Below are positions 1-9,075 of a stretch of 64,000 bases of DNA, piece by piece. Under the pieces are notes generated by a model that worked only from the letters and a program-made list of their open reading frames with translations, was not told the DNA's origin and ran no database searches. The position numbers and the translations under genes are program-made. The DNA lies in the IMG/VR virus record IMGVR_UViG_3300032261_000561, one strand, 5' to 3'. The DNA is from a virus. How positions within the stretch are numbered: the stretch's first letter is position 1; every line of letters begins with the position of its first letter.

Positions 1-565
1 TGACCACGTAGAAGTGCTTCTCGGTCAGGTCACCGTGGAAACGCAGCGAGTCCGCCGCCAGCCCGGCGTCGCGGACACCGGCGATGGTCGACGCCAAGGC
101 GTCGAAGTTGTCGCGGGCCCCGTAGCGGTTGGACAGGAAGGACCGGGCCACACCGACGACGTCGGGGTGCTCGGGGTCGTTGGCCCAGAACAGCCGCGCC
201 AGGATCTTCTTCTCGGCGTAGCTCTCGTGCTGGGCCCAGCTGTTGACGTTGAAGTCGAGCAGATCGACGTTCTCGTCGCGCAGCCGCCGCAGATAGCGGA
301 CCGGAATGTCGAACTGACCGGCCAGCTGGCCGTCAGCGTGGCTGGTGAGCCGGTAGGACCCGTTGGGGTCGAGCACGCCGTCTTCGCGCAGGATCGGCTC
401 GGCGCCGGAGACTTCCAGCTTGCCGTTGAGCAACTGGACCTTCTCTGCCGGGAGAATCAGGTCGACGACCTGGCTGCGCTGCAGGGAGAGCAGCTGATAC
501 AGCTCCTGAGGGCTGGCATTACGTGCCGACTGCGGGGCGAGCAGCTGGCGGGTGAGTGTAGTCAC
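1..565 (-). CDS. DUF932/DUF945-like phage protein (runs off window start)
   Basis: Not in ORF track; GTG at 565 after AAGGAGACACACACC; reads MTTLTRQ...ADGQLAGQFDIPVRYLRRL...RSFLSNRY. Confidence 0.65.
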   Translation of the reverse strand, partial: MTTLTRQLLAPQSARNASPQELYQLLSLQRSQVVDLILPAEKVQLLNGKLEVSGAEPILREDGVLDPNGSYRLTSHADGQLAGQFDIPVRYLRRLRDENVDLLDFNVNSWAQHESYAEKKILARLFWANDPEHPDVVGVARSFLSNRYGARDNFDALASTIAGVRDAGLAADSLRFHGDLTEKHFYVV

Positions 566-674
566 GGTGTGTGTCTCCTTCGTTGGGTTGTGACTTGATG
601 GTACATCAGGATTAACCTCTCGGGTTAACTTCTTATTCCAGCTTCATCCTCCCACTCCTGACCGACAAATTCCG

Positions 675-1304
675 TCAGAAGTATCGGGGGCGCTTCTCGG
701 CGCGCAGCTCGGCAGCCAATTCATGCAGCCGCTTGACTAGCCGTTCGGCTTCCGCCGCCATTAGCTCGACGCTGTGCGCCTTGGCTTCCAGCCGGGCCTC
801 GAACTGTTCGGGGGTGTCCTGCTGGTGCTCCTGGGTACGCTCCTTGTCGGCACGGGCCTCAGCCTCCTCGGCCTGCCGGTCAGCGAGCCACTGCTGGCCC
901 TCGGGGCTGGTGTGGTCCACCCAATACCAGTCGGGCCGGTGATAGAGCTTCGCGTCGTTGACCATGGCGCGCACGCTCTGCTCCCAGAAGCCCTGCTGGC
1001 CCTTGTAGTGCGAACCGGCGGTGCCGTCCTTGCCCTCGATGGGCACCGCGTCCAGGTTGACGTAGCTGATGTCGACGGGGTTACGCCAGGACTTGTCGCG
1101 CCCGCCGTAGTTACTCATCCGCCTGGCTTCGCGGGCGCCTTTGATCTTGACGATGCGCCGGATCTGCCACAGATCGGTGTGGGGGTTGAAGGTGGCCAGG
1201 ACCTGTCCCTTCTCGGGGATGTCGTGTTCCTGAATGACCTGGCCAGGGGGGATGTTGGGAATGGTTTGGTCGACCTCTTCGGGGGCGACGAGTTTAACTG
1301 CCAT
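675..1304 (-). CDS. Hypothetical protein with C-terminal coiled coil
   Basis: ATG at 1304 after GGAGACACACACCC; high-GC3 codon usage. Confidence 0.8.
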   Translation of the reverse strand: MAVKLVAPEEVDQTIPNIPPGQVIQEHDIPEKGQVLATFNPHTDLWQIRRIVKIKGAREARRMSNYGGRDKSWRNPVDISYVNLDAVPIEGKDGTAGSHYKGQQGFWEQSVRAMVNDAKLYHRPDWYWVDHTSPEGQQWLADRQAEEAEARADKERTQEHQQDTPEQFEARLEAKAHSVELMAAEAERLVKRLHELAAELRAEKRPRYF

Positions 1305-1357
1305 GGGTGTGTGTCTCCTTTCCTGAGACACACATTATAGGAAAATTGTAGGAAATA

Positions 1358-1618
1358 CTAGGCAGCCAGCTCGGTGGCCATCCACTGGCGCACCTTGTTC
1401 ATCGAGCTGGTGCCCGAGACGGTGTGGGTGTGCTCGTCCCCGCCGAGCCAGTTCATCCTGTTCAGCCGCCCGGCCAGGTTGTACTGCAGCTGCAGGGTAC
1501 GCCCGGCCTTACGGAACACCGGCGGGTTCTCGTCGATGACCGTCCAGCCGAACTCTTTGGCCCACGGCAGCAGCCAGCGGTCCAGGTCTGTGCGCAGATG
1601 CGGGCTCATCCCGGGCAT
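1358..1618 (-). CDS. Hypothetical protein
   Basis: ORF in co-oriented run; resembles 1623-1865. Confidence 0.65.
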   Translation of the reverse strand: MPGMSPHLRTDLDRWLLPWAKEFGWTVIDENPPVFRKAGRTLQLQYNLAGRLNRMNWLGGDEHTHTVSGTSSMNKVRQWMATELAA

Positions 1619-1622
1619 GGGC

Positions 1623-1865
1623 TTAGCCTAGCTGGTCAGTCAGCCAACCTACGACAAAAGCCAGTCGGCCCTTCCTGACGATCTCGGCCTCTCCCGGCCG
1701 GTATCTCATGGCATGGACCAACTGGCCACTTCTACTGAACCCCAAATTGATGGAGGTGGTACCGCGCCTCAGGTAGGAACTACCCGGGCGCGTGCTCCAC
1801 TCGTGCCAGCCCTGCTCGGCGGCTATGCGGGCGATGCGCCCAGCGGTGCGTGCCTTGGCGGTCAT
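1623..1865 (-). CDS. Hypothetical protein
   Basis: ATG (MTAKART) overlaps upstream stop. Confidence 0.6.
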   Translation of the reverse strand: MTAKARTAGRIARIAAEQGWHEWSTRPGSSYLRRGTTSINLGFSRSGQLVHAMRYRPGEAEIVRKGRLAFVVGWLTDQLG

Positions 1866-2251
1866 CTCAGAACAATCTTGTGCCGCGTGCAGAGGTTGTC
1901 GTTGGCCAAATTCTCCAACCTGACCGCTTGCCATTCGGGATAGTGCTGGACGGCCGGAGGCATCACACCAGCTGCTTCCAGCGGACTGCCGCTGTCCTGC
2001 CAGATGCACAGCGCGTGGCCCTCGTACACCAGTGCAGCGTCGTTGTCCCACGCCACCCAAGGCTGGTTATCCAGAGAACTAGGCTGCGCACTGTGCACGT
2101 CAGCCAGGAACTGCTGCTCGGCTGCGTTGTACTGAGAATACGGACGTGACGATGCCGCCTTGAACAGCACCGCCACCCCGAGCCCCTGGACAAATAGCGC
2201 GAACAAGACCACACCGACGATCAGCATGACCCTGTCGCTAATTCTGCTCAT
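1862..2251 (-). CDS. Membrane-anchored DUF732-like protein
   Basis: N-terminal TM; EQQFLADV, GHALC and terminal LC pattern. Confidence 0.6.
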   Translation of the reverse strand: MSRISDRVMLIVGVVLFALFVQGLGVAVLFKAASSRPYSQYNAAEQQFLADVHSAQPSSLDNQPWVAWDNDAALVYEGHALCIWQDSGSPLEAAGVMPPAVQHYPEWQAVRLENLANDNLCTRHKIVLR

Positions 2252-2465
2252 AGGGCAACCCTCCCCGATTCAGATATGGCGCCAGGTGGGGTTCCTGGAT
2301 CACCATGTCCATCACCACCAGTGCCTGCATCAGGCCCTCTTCCAGCGCCGGGATCGCGCGGAACGACTCCTCCATCGAGGGGTAGCCGTCCAGCCCCTGC
2401 TGGGCGCGGATCGCGCGGTTGCGCAGGATGGCTGCCAACTCGAACTGTGCCATCACGTTTGCCAT
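2238..2465 (-). CDS. Hypothetical protein
   Basis: Strong SD GGAAGGAAGGTG; promoter cassette upstream. Confidence 0.7.
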   Translation of the reverse strand: MANVMAQFELAAILRNRAIRAQQGLDGYPSMEESFRAIPALEEGLMQALVVMDMVIQEPHLAPYLNRGGLPYEQN

Positions 2466-2490
2466 GTGATCACCTTCCTTCCACTACTTA

Positions 2491-2518
2491 GGACGATTTA
2501 CCTGGGAAGTATATTCCT
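2491..2518 (-). promoter_or_regulatory. ECF-like promoter with operator
   Basis: GGAAT-ATACTTCCCAGGTAAATC-GTC. Confidence 0.7.
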
Positions 2519-2529
2519 AGACGGTCTTC

Positions 2530-2961
2530 TCAATCGCTGGATAGTGCGTTGTACAGCGCCCAACTCTCCACGCGATCGTGGATCGGGGCGATGCTCTGGT
2601 GGTCGCGGCCGAAGATGTCGTGGCTCAGCCGACACCACCGGCTGTCCGACGACTCGGCGTAGTTACCGCCCATCATCGGGCCCGCGTACTCCTTGGTATT
2701 GGAGCCCTTCTCGACGTACTCCAAGGGCACCAGGTGCGGCCCGTAGAGCGCCGGGACCGCCGACTCCACCAGGATGAACTGGGGCAGGTCCTGCCCCCAG
2801 TCGGGGAGCATCAGCGACTCCGGCAGCGGCTGCCAGTTCTTGTCGACATGCCGCTTGGTGCCCACCACGATGATGCGGTCATAAGTGGCGCTGACGCCGC
2901 CGTTGGTGCAGTCAGATCGATCCGCAGCGCGATAAACGCTGAGGATGAGACCTTTAGGCAT
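2530..2961 (-). CDS. Hypothetical phage protein
   Basis: DCTNGGVS, GPMMGGNYA and IHDRVE motifs; GGAGACACC SD. Confidence 0.75.
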   Translation of the reverse strand: MPKGLILSVYRAADRSDCTNGGVSATYDRIIVVGTKRHVDKNWQPLPESLMLPDWGQDLPQFILVESAVPALYGPHLVPLEYVEKGSNTKEYAGPMMGGNYAESSDSRWCRLSHDIFGRDHQSIAPIHDRVESWALYNALSSD

Positions 2962-3169
2962 TGGTGTCTCCTTCCTCGCCCGGCCTGGGGTGGGACCAAA
3001 AGCCCACCCGGTTGCCGTTGATGTCTTTCAGTCGGCCGACACGCTCGTGGCCGTCTTCCTCGATGGACTGCGCGGCCTCGCGCAGGATGCGCGCAATCTC
3101 AGCGGCCGGGGCGTCGGCGAACGCGGCGCCCTCGGTGCTGATGTGCAGATTGAATGCCTTGGGCATCAT
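2954..3169 (-). CDS. Hypothetical phage protein
   Basis: AAF...EIARILR...LKDINGNRVG pattern. Confidence 0.7.
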   Translation of the reverse strand: MMPKAFNLHISTEGAAFADAPAAEIARILREAAQSIEEDGHERVGRLKDINGNRVGFWSHPRPGEEGDTNA

Positions 3170-3324
3170 TTCCCTCCCCACATGCGGGCCAGTTTTTCGG
3201 CCGTCATGGTGCGTGTTTGGTGTTGGATCTCCGGCGCGGCGGCGTGACAGTCCAGACAGCGTCCCTTGGGGAACGCGTCCATCTCATCGATCCGCCGACC
3301 GCAGTCGGTGCACTGTGTGCTCAC
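3166..3324 (-). CDS. Small Zn-finger protein
   Basis: CTDC and CLDC; coupled start/stop. Confidence 0.6.
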   Translation of the reverse strand: MSTQCTDCGRRIDEMDAFPKGRCLDCHAAAPEIQHQTRTMTAEKLARMWGGK

Positions 3325-3677
3325 ACTTCCTCCTTGCTCTGTTTGGCCAGCTGGCGCAGGTAGCGACGCCGCATCCGGACGACCTCCACGTTGGAGCCGA
3401 TGGCATCGGCCACCTCCTGGACCGGGTAGCCCTTGGTCAGCTGGTAGAACTCGTACTTGTCCATTTCGCCGCCGATGAACGCCATGGCGTGCGCCCGCAA
3501 TTTGTCGGACTTGATCGCTGCCAGCCGTGGGTAGGCGTCGTACAGACCGGCCCACTGCATGAGCGCATAGTTCACCGCCCACTCGCGGTCGTAGCCGTGC
3601 TCGGCTGCGGCCCGGTCGAGGATCTCGGTGACCCAGTCCTGCGGGGTCGAGGACAGCTCGATGCTTACCACTGTCAC
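3321..3677 (-). CDS. Hypothetical protein, possible C-terminal HTH
   Basis: PVQEVADAIGSNVEVVR; coupled to upstream stop. Confidence 0.6.
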   Translation of the reverse strand: MTVVSIELSSTPQDWVTEILDRAAAEHGYDREWAVNYALMQWAGLYDAYPRLAAIKSDKLRAHAMAFIGGEMDKYEFYQLTKGYPVQEVADAIGSNVEVVRMRRRYLRQLAKQSKEEV

Positions 3678-4177
3678 CACCCCCGCTCGGGGTCGACGAT
3701 CTCCGGCACGCCCCAGTAGAGCCGGTCGAAATAGTCGACCTGGATCTCGGAGCCGTTCCAGTTGTAGGCGTCCCAGAAGCCCTGCAAGATCGCCAGGACC
3801 CGCTCGCCCTCCACCGTTTTGATCCGGTGCGGCTTGGCGTGCTCGCTGTCGCGATACTGCCCGCCAGCCGAGCACCAGACGTTCCCACAGCTCTGGGCCG
3901 TCCACCCCTCGCCGTTCTCGAACGGCCGCTTGCTGCCGGGCTTGATACCCTCGCACCACTGGTACATGCCGTCCAGCCCCTTGGCCGCGATGTCGATCGC
4001 CTGGCCTCCGGAGTAGGACCGGCTGCGCACCGAGTAGTTCTTCATGCTGCCGGGCAGCTGGCCGCTGGCGATGGCCGCTTTGATATCGGCGCGGATCTGC
4101 TTGGCGATGTCGGTGACGCGGCGGAAACCGCCGTCGCACTTCTCGCCGTAGGCCCGCTCGTACATTGCTCGTGACAT
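3674..4177 (-). CDS. LPD29-like (polyvalent-protein-associated) domain protein
   Basis: YSVRSRSYSGGQAIDI and YNWNGSEIQVDYFD motifs. Confidence 0.65.
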   Translation of the reverse strand: MSRAMYERAYGEKCDGGFRRVTDIAKQIRADIKAAIASGQLPGSMKNYSVRSRSYSGGQAIDIAAKGLDGMYQWCEGIKPGSKRPFENGEGWTAQSCGNVWCSAGGQYRDSEHAKPHRIKTVEGERVLAILQGFWDAYNWNGSEIQVDYFDRLYWGVPEIVDPERGW

Positions 4178-4203
4178 GGTGTGTGTCTCCCTTCCGATCA
4201 CAA

Positions 4204-4231
4204 GAACAGTTTACCTCAGAGGTATATTCCT
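4204..4231 (-). promoter_or_regulatory. ECF-like promoter with operator
   Basis: GGAAT-ATACCTCTGAGGTAAACT-GTT. Confidence 0.75.
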
Positions 4232-4703
4232 ACGCCCGAGGCCCTTCCCAGGACTCGTGTTCCACTTCGCTCAGCCAGGGGCGCCGCTCGTAGTCCTCAA
4301 CGGACACCAGGTAGTAGGCCCGCCCCGATGCGCTCTGGTAGGACACGCCCACCTTGCCCTCGGGCACCGACTCGCACCAGCTGCCCCAGGCAGCCGCCGG
4401 GTGAGCGTCACCAGCCGCTAACCGGCGTTGCTTCTCGTCTTCGCGGGCCTGGCTCGCGGCCGCTCCCTCGCGGCAGCTCTCACCATGGATACCTTTCGCG
4501 CCGCCATGCCGCTTGAAACACTGCGCGCACAGCGCGGGCGCCGGGCAGTAGGGCAGTTCGTGGCGCACGCCGTACGAGAGGTGACTCACCTTGAACCGGC
4601 AGGGTCGCTTGCGCACCCCCTGCGCGCCTCCGGCGCGGCCGCAGCCGCCGTCACAGGCAATGGCCATCCGGCCGTTGCCCTGTCGTTGATAGCAGTAACC
4701 CAT
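4230..4703 (-). CDS. Cys-rich hypothetical protein
   Basis: Multiple Cys clusters; AAGGAGACAC SD. Confidence 0.7.
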   Translation of the reverse strand: MGYCYQRQGNGRMAIACDGGCGRAGGAQGVRKRPCRFKVSHLSYGVRHELPYCPAPALCAQCFKRHGGAKGIHGESCREGAAASQAREDEKQRRLAAGDAHPAAAWGSWCESVPEGKVGVSYQSASGRAYYLVSVEDYERRPWLSEVEHESWEGPRA

Positions 4704-4715
4704 CGTCGTGTCTCC

Positions 4716-4928
4716 TTACTTGATGAGGTCGAACGGGTGCGGCTCTTTACCACGCCCGCTGTGGCTTCCGCGTCCCATCGCTCGCGCGTACGCGATCTGC
4801 GATTCCCACGCGTGCATCTTGTAGCCGCCGGAGGTCTTGCTGAACCAGCTGGCGTCGGCATTGGAATGCGTTTCCAGATAGGCCCTGCGTGCGGCCGGGC
4901 TGATCTTGCCGCTGGTGAATGCTTCCAT
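4716..4928 (-). CDS. Hypothetical protein
   Basis: ORF MEAFTSGK in co-oriented run. Confidence 0.6.
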   Translation of the reverse strand: MEAFTSGKISPAARRAYLETHSNADASWFSKTSGGYKMHAWESQIAYARAMGRGSHSGRGKEPHPFDLIK

Positions 4929-4929
4929 G

Positions 4930-5286
4930 TCACTTCTCGATGTCTTGCAGTCTGGCGAACCAGGAGACGTTCTGCGGGTTGCGCAGCACGGGTTCTTGGG
5001 TGTCGACGTCGTACAGCTCCGGCACACCTTTGACAATGGCGTTTTGCCAGTTCCTCTCGGCGTAGCCGATGGTGCCGTCCCACCAGACGGTGCGGACCTC
5101 GCCCGAGATCATGCCGAGCTGGTAGGCCACCCCGCGCCCGATGCTCTTGCCGTCCACCTCGACTCCCCACAAGGTGCCAACCAGGGCCCCACGCTTGGGG
5201 CTGCGAACGTAGTTGATGGCGTGCGGACGCCACTGCAGCTCAGTGCGAAGTGGCGCGTCCTCGTAGTTGGTGCGAACGGGGATCAT
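4930..5286 (-). CDS. Hypothetical protein
   Basis: AGGAGACACAC-ATG start. Confidence 0.7.
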   Translation of the reverse strand: MIPVRTNYEDAPLRTELQWRPHAINYVRSPKRGALVGTLWGVEVDGKSIGRGVAYQLGMISGEVRTVWWDGTIGYAERNWQNAIVKGVPELYDVDTQEPVLRNPQNVSWFARLQDIEK

Positions 5287-5461
5287 GTGTGTCTCCTAGA
5301 TCTTCTTGATGTAGCTACCGAATTTGGACCGGCCGAGCCGGAGTGAAATCCCGAACCAGGGGACCGAGACGACCAGCACCCAGGCGTCGGGGAAGTTGCG
5401 CACGGCGTGGCCGAACCCACCGGCGTAAGAGCGGAGCGCGTAGCCCCACAGAATCTGGACC

Positions 5462-5668
5462 TTAGCTAGCCCCGATCTGGGCGAGGCGTGCTTTGATGAC
5501 TGCCGCTCGATCGTCAGCAGCGGCGGCACGATCGAGGAGCTGCTCCGACAGTTCACGACGTCCGCGTTGTTCTTGGAGCTGAGCGGCGTTGAGCGCGGCG
5601 TCGTATCGCTGCTCTACTCGCTTCAGCTCCCACACGAGTTGAAATCGTTCTCGGTTGGCTTTAACCAC
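5462..5668 (-). CDS. Hypothetical coiled-coil protein
   Basis: ORF track, helical composition. Confidence 0.6.
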   Translation of the reverse strand: MVKANRERFQLVWELKRVEQRYDAALNAAQLQEQRGRRELSEQLLDRAAAADDRAAVIKARLAQIGAS

Positions 5669-5673
5669 CCCTT

Positions 5674-5829
5674 TCAGGCGGCGGCGGCGCGGGGTTGCCC
5701 GGCCGCGAATTCTTCCTCCCAGATCGCTTCGAGCTGGGCTGCGGCGTCCTTGTGGCCACGCTTGGCCAGGACGAAGATCGCGTCGTTGATCGCGTCGAGG
5801 AACTCGACGGAGATTGGTTGCTTGCTCAT
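5674..5829 (-). CDS. Hypothetical 51-aa protein
   Basis: Not in track; MSKQPISVEF after promoter cassette and GGAAGGAGG SD. Confidence 0.65.
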   Translation of the reverse strand: MSKQPISVEFLDAINDAIFVLAKRGHKDAAAQLEAIWEEEFAAGQPRAAAA

Positions 5830-5849
5830 CACCCTCCTTCCAGTATTAA

Positions 5850-5877
5850 GGACAATTTACCTGACAGGTATATTCCT
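5850..5877 (-). promoter_or_regulatory. ECF-like promoter with operator
   Basis: GGAAT-ATACCTGTCAGGTAAATT-GTC. Confidence 0.75.
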
Positions 5878-5882
5878 ATTTG

Positions 5883-5971
5883 TCAGTCGCGGAAGTACAT
5901 GTGTTGCGGGCGTTCTGAGCAGCCGAAGCCTCTAGGCCCCCGGGCCATGATGAGGCCCGGTCCGCGACTGA
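5883..5971. ncRNA. Candidate structured RNA (three-way junction)
   Basis: 11-bp perfect outer stem enclosing a 7-bp hairpin and a UUCG-capped stem (minus strand); intergenic. Confidence 0.4.
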
Positions 5972-6012
5972 AGTCTGGCACGTTGGTTGGGGAGTCGCGC
6001 CCCTCCCGTGGG

Positions 6013-6420
6013 TTAGTCCATCCGCGACCCGGGGTAAGCCTGGATCCCGGCCTCTTCCAAGATCCTGGCGAACGCATCGGCGTAAGCCATCTTGCGTTCC
6101 AGGGACTGGTTGAAGGCGCCGACCCAGTACTCCCAGCCGCCGTAGTAGCCCTTGTGCCCCTTGCCCTGCTTGCGCAGCCAGTTGGCGAACGAGCTGTTAC
6201 CCGGCCGGATGTTGACCCAGGCGAAACCGCAGACACCATCCATCACCGGCTCGTAAACCTTGATGACCGGAGAACTGTCGTCGAGCGGATGCAACCGCTG
6301 GACGACCTGCATGGGGACGGGCCTCACGGCCTCCCCGGCTGCCATACCGGCGGCATGCGCCTTGTTGAAGAGCGCCTGCGCCTCGGCGTGACTGAACTTC
6401 GGAGCAACTTTCTTTTCCAT
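6013..6420 (-). CDS. Hypothetical phage protein
   Basis: GVCGFAWV and QSLERKMAYADAFA motifs. Confidence 0.8.
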   Translation of the reverse strand: MEKKVAPKFSHAEAQALFNKAHAAGMAAGEAVRPVPMQVVQRLHPLDDSSPVIKVYEPVMDGVCGFAWVNIRPGNSSFANWLRKQGKGHKGYYGGWEYWVGAFNQSLERKMAYADAFARILEEAGIQAYPGSRMD

Positions 6421-6444
6421 GGTGTATCTCCCTTCCACTGCTTA

Positions 6445-6472
6445 GGACGCATTTACCTGTCAGGTTATTCCT
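6445..6472 (-). promoter_or_regulatory. ECF-like promoter with operator
   Basis: GGAAT-AACCTGACAGGTAAATGC-GTC. Confidence 0.75.
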
Positions 6473-6674
6473 GGCTGGCCCGGTATTCGGCCGATGCCTT
6501 GGCGTCGTTGAGCGTGGGGAAGCTGCCGACGACGACATAGGGGTCACCGTCCTGCCTGGCGCGCAAGAGGTTCCACGAGGAGTTGCGCGCCCGCCCGGTG
6601 CGGCGAATCTGCCACTCGTCGTCACGCGAGACGTAGGTGGTGTAGATGGTGTTGCGCTTGCGCCACTGGATCAT
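6465..6674 (-). CDS. Hypothetical protein
   Basis: AAGGAGACACAC-ATG; FPTLNDAK motif. Confidence 0.7.
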   Translation of the reverse strand: MIQWRKRNTIYTTYVSRDDEWQIRRTGRARNSSWNLLRARQDGDPYVVVGSFPTLNDAKASAEYRASQE

Positions 6675-6693
6675 GTGTGTCTCCTTACAAGTG

Positions 6694-6717
6694 AAACCGG
6701 GCGGGGTCACCGCCCGG
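6694..6717 (-). terminator. Probable intrinsic terminator
   Basis: CCGGGCGG-TGACC-CCGCCCGG-TTT just after the 6726 stop. Confidence 0.5.
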
Positions 6718-6725
6718 CTGTTGGG

Positions 6726-7313
6726 TTACTTGGCCACGCGGACCAGTCGGAACCGGATCTGATCGGCGTCGAAGTCGAGCGCCTCCCAGTTCTTCTCGCC
6801 GGGGAATTCGGCAGCCGCCAACTCCTTGATCCCGTCGAAAATCTGCGCGGCCCGGCTGGCTGCCCAGTCGCGGTTTTCCTTCGACAGCAGGGACATGGCC
6901 TCATCGACCATGTAGTGAGCCAGCTGCTTCTTGGCCTCCTCGAAGCTGGGCTCCTTGCTGACGATGCTGGCGTGAGCCATCGCCCGGTCCTCGTCGCGCC
7001 ACGCGCTCAGGCTGTCCCGGCTGGCGAAGTAGCTCACCTGCTCGACCTTGACCGCCCCGCTGTCGAGGACTTTCAGCAGCGCGTGAGCGACGGCGCCGAT
7101 GTGGTCACCCTCGTCGTGCCCGCTGCCCTTGCCACCCCGCTCGCGGTACTCGGCGTTGGCCTTTTGCATGAACTCCCAGCGAGGACTGCCGTCCTCGTGA
7201 ACCAGCTTCTCGCGCTCGACCTTGGCGAGACCCTGAGCCATCGCCTGGACGATGGGGTCATTGCTGAGCAGCTCCTCGACCTCGTCGTAGTGAGCCGCCT
7301 TGATCATTACCAT
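6726..7313 (-). CDS. Hypothetical protein
   Basis: Promoter cassette and SD upstream. Confidence 0.8.
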   Translation of the reverse strand: MVMIKAAHYDEVEELLSNDPIVQAMAQGLAKVEREKLVHEDGSPRWEFMQKANAEYRERGGKGSGHDEGDHIGAVAHALLKVLDSGAVKVEQVSYFASRDSLSAWRDEDRAMAHASIVSKEPSFEEAKKQLAHYMVDEAMSLLSKENRDWAASRAAQIFDGIKELAAAEFPGEKNWEALDFDADQIRFRLVRVAK

Positions 7314-7334
7314 GTGTCTCCCTTCCGATTATCA

Positions 7335-7362
7335 GAACACGTTAACCTGACAGGTTATTCCT
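7335..7362 (-). promoter_or_regulatory. ECF-like promoter with operator
   Basis: GGAAT-AACCTGTCAGGTTAACGT-GTT. Confidence 0.75.
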
Positions 7363-7860
7363 TCAGACTCGGGCCTCGTCGCGAGCCGGGTCGTTGTCGC
7401 CCTGGACCCACTCGATGTCCTCGATGCCCAGCTCCTCCCACAGCGCGATGATCTTGAGCCGGTCCTCGATGGCGCCGATGATCTCGTAGCCCTCGTCGAC
7501 CAGCTCCTGGTACAGCTCCCGTTTGGTTTCCTCACCAGGGCGCGGGTCGTGGTTGGGGGACATCTTGAACACCTCCCACGGCCAGGGCATCGCCTGGCGC
7601 ACCCAGGCTTCAGACGCTGCCCGGTAGCGCTCCTCACGGCCGGTCAAGACGATCAGCGCGTAGCCTGCTTCGGCGTACGGGCGGATCCAGTCCAGCGCCT
7701 GCTGGTTGGCCGGGTAGCTGTCGCTCATTGCGATGAACGCATCGTGGTCGCGCTCGTGCTTGGGCTTGTCGACAATGTGGTGCAGCCCGCTCGACACGTC
7801 GGCCAACGAGCCGTCGATGTCGATGATGACTGCCTTGCGGCGGCGGATTTCCTTTTCCAT
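7363..7860 (-). CDS. HAD-family phosphatase (polynucleotide 3'-phosphatase-like)
   Basis: IIDIDGSLAD, LTGR, K and IEDR motifs. Confidence 0.85.
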   Translation of the reverse strand: MEKEIRRRKAVIIDIDGSLADVSSGLHHIVDKPKHERDHDAFIAMSDSYPANQQALDWIRPYAEAGYALIVLTGREERYRAASEAWVRQAMPWPWEVFKMSPNHDPRPGEETKRELYQELVDEGYEIIGAIEDRLKIIALWEELGIEDIEWVQGDNDPARDEARV

Positions 7861-7885
7861 CTCTCACCTCCCTCTCCCATAGTTA

Positions 7886-7913
7886 GAACAGTTAACCTCT
7901 CAGGTTAATTCCT
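7886..7913 (-). promoter_or_regulatory. ECF-like promoter with operator
   Basis: GGAAT-TAACCTGAGAGGTTAACT-GTT. Confidence 0.75.
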
Positions 7914-7931
7914 TGACCTGCGATGCTGCAG

Positions 7932-8609
7932 CTATGCAGTAGCTGCTGCAGCACGCTCCCGGCGCCGCAGGGCCTCCGCATAGCGACCGTGATAGACGTT
8001 GTGCCCGGCGCCCATCGGGTAGACCTTGTACGCCTCTTTGAACGCCGTCGTCATCAGCTTGCGGAAGTTGGGTCCATGAATCTCGTGGGTGGTGCCCATG
8101 GCGATGTGCACCAGCTCGTGCACCAGCGTCTCGCGCGCGTCGGCCAGGGTCTGGCCGGGGTAGGTCGCGATAGTGATCTGGTTGCGCGAGGGGTAGGCCA
8201 CACCCATCTGGCTGCGGGGGTGGTAGCTGTGCTTCCGGATCAGCAGCGTAGGTGGGCGCCGGAACAATCGGCCGGTCTTGCCGCCGAACGCGCGCAGCTT
8301 GATCAGCTTCCTCATCTCGTCGCGCAGGTCGACGCCGTCCACGGTGTAACGCTCCGTCTCGGCATCCTTGGCCCGCTGCCGGGCGCGTGCCGCCGTGGCC
8401 CGCTTGGACTTGGCCTTGGCCGCTGAGCTAACAGCTGCCGCCGCCCGCTTGCGTTCCAGAGCCGGGGCCACGCGAAGCACCAGTCGGCCGGTCTTGGCCG
8501 AGCACGGCAGGCAGTAGCGTTCGATTGAATCCTTGAGCGGACGCGTCGAGGCCAGGATCCCGGGGCAGCCGTTAGGGCAGTTCCACCGGACTCTCTTGGG
8601 TGCGGTCAC
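7932..8609 (-). CDS. SprT-like zinc metalloprotease with N-terminal Cys motifs
   Basis: TLVHELVH...HGPNF; CPNGC and CLPC; GTG start overlapping upstream stop. Confidence 0.75.
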   Translation of the reverse strand: MTAPKRVRWNCPNGCPGILASTRPLKDSIERYCLPCSAKTGRLVLRVAPALERKRAAAAVSSAAKAKSKRATAARARQRAKDAETERYTVDGVDLRDEMRKLIKLRAFGGKTGRLFRRPPTLLIRKHSYHPRSQMGVAYPSRNQITIATYPGQTLADARETLVHELVHIAMGTTHEIHGPNFRKLMTTAFKEAYKVYPMGAGHNVYHGRYAEALRRRERAAAATA

Positions 8610-8836
8610 TCGTAGCTCACCCCCTGGATGATGACGTCCAGCCAGTGGCTGGGCATCCGTCGACCGCGCCGCAACTTCACCCGCTGCTTGCAGTAGTCGC
8701 ACACCGCGCTGGCGTCTTCGTAGTAGTCCTTGTCAGCCTGCCGATGGATGATCAGCGTGCTGCCGGAGTACATGACGCCCGAGCACCTGATCTGCCGCAC
8801 GTAGCCTCCGATGTGGTCTGGAAGTCTTTGCTTCAT
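8606..8836 (-). CDS. Small Zn-binding hypothetical protein
   Basis: CSG, CDYC and H pattern; GGAGGG SD. Confidence 0.6.
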   Translation of the reverse strand: MKQRLPDHIGGYVRQIRCSGVMYSGSTLIIHRQADKDYYEDASAVCDYCKQRVKLRRGRRMPSHWLDVIIQGVSYE

Positions 8837-9075
8837 GCCACCCTCCTTCTCTGCTTGGCGTGAACGGTCTTGATGTCTTCGACGCGGATCCAGCGCCGCC
8901 GGGCCTCCCGACTGATCGGTCCCTCGACCGTCAGCTGCAGGACGTCGCCCAGGTACTCGGCGCACAGGAACACCCACTTGCCGCCGGGCAGACCCGGCTT
9001 GCGGTGGACGCTGACGAGCATTCCGCGTTTGAGGTTGTGGCCATTGACCTTGACCTCGTACAGAAATTTCTGCAT
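8833..9075 (-). CDS. Hypothetical beta-barrel-like protein
   Basis: AAGGAGACACACTCC-ATG. Confidence 0.7.
   Translation of the reverse strand: MQKFLYEVKVNGHNLKRGMLVSVHRKPGLPGGKWVFLCAEYLGDVLQLTVEGPISREARRRWIRVEDIKTVHAKQRRRVA

Noticed and set aside
5910-5960. Hammerhead-like ATGATGAG and CTGAGC strings
   Set aside because: No correct CUGANGA plus GAAA core or stem arrangement
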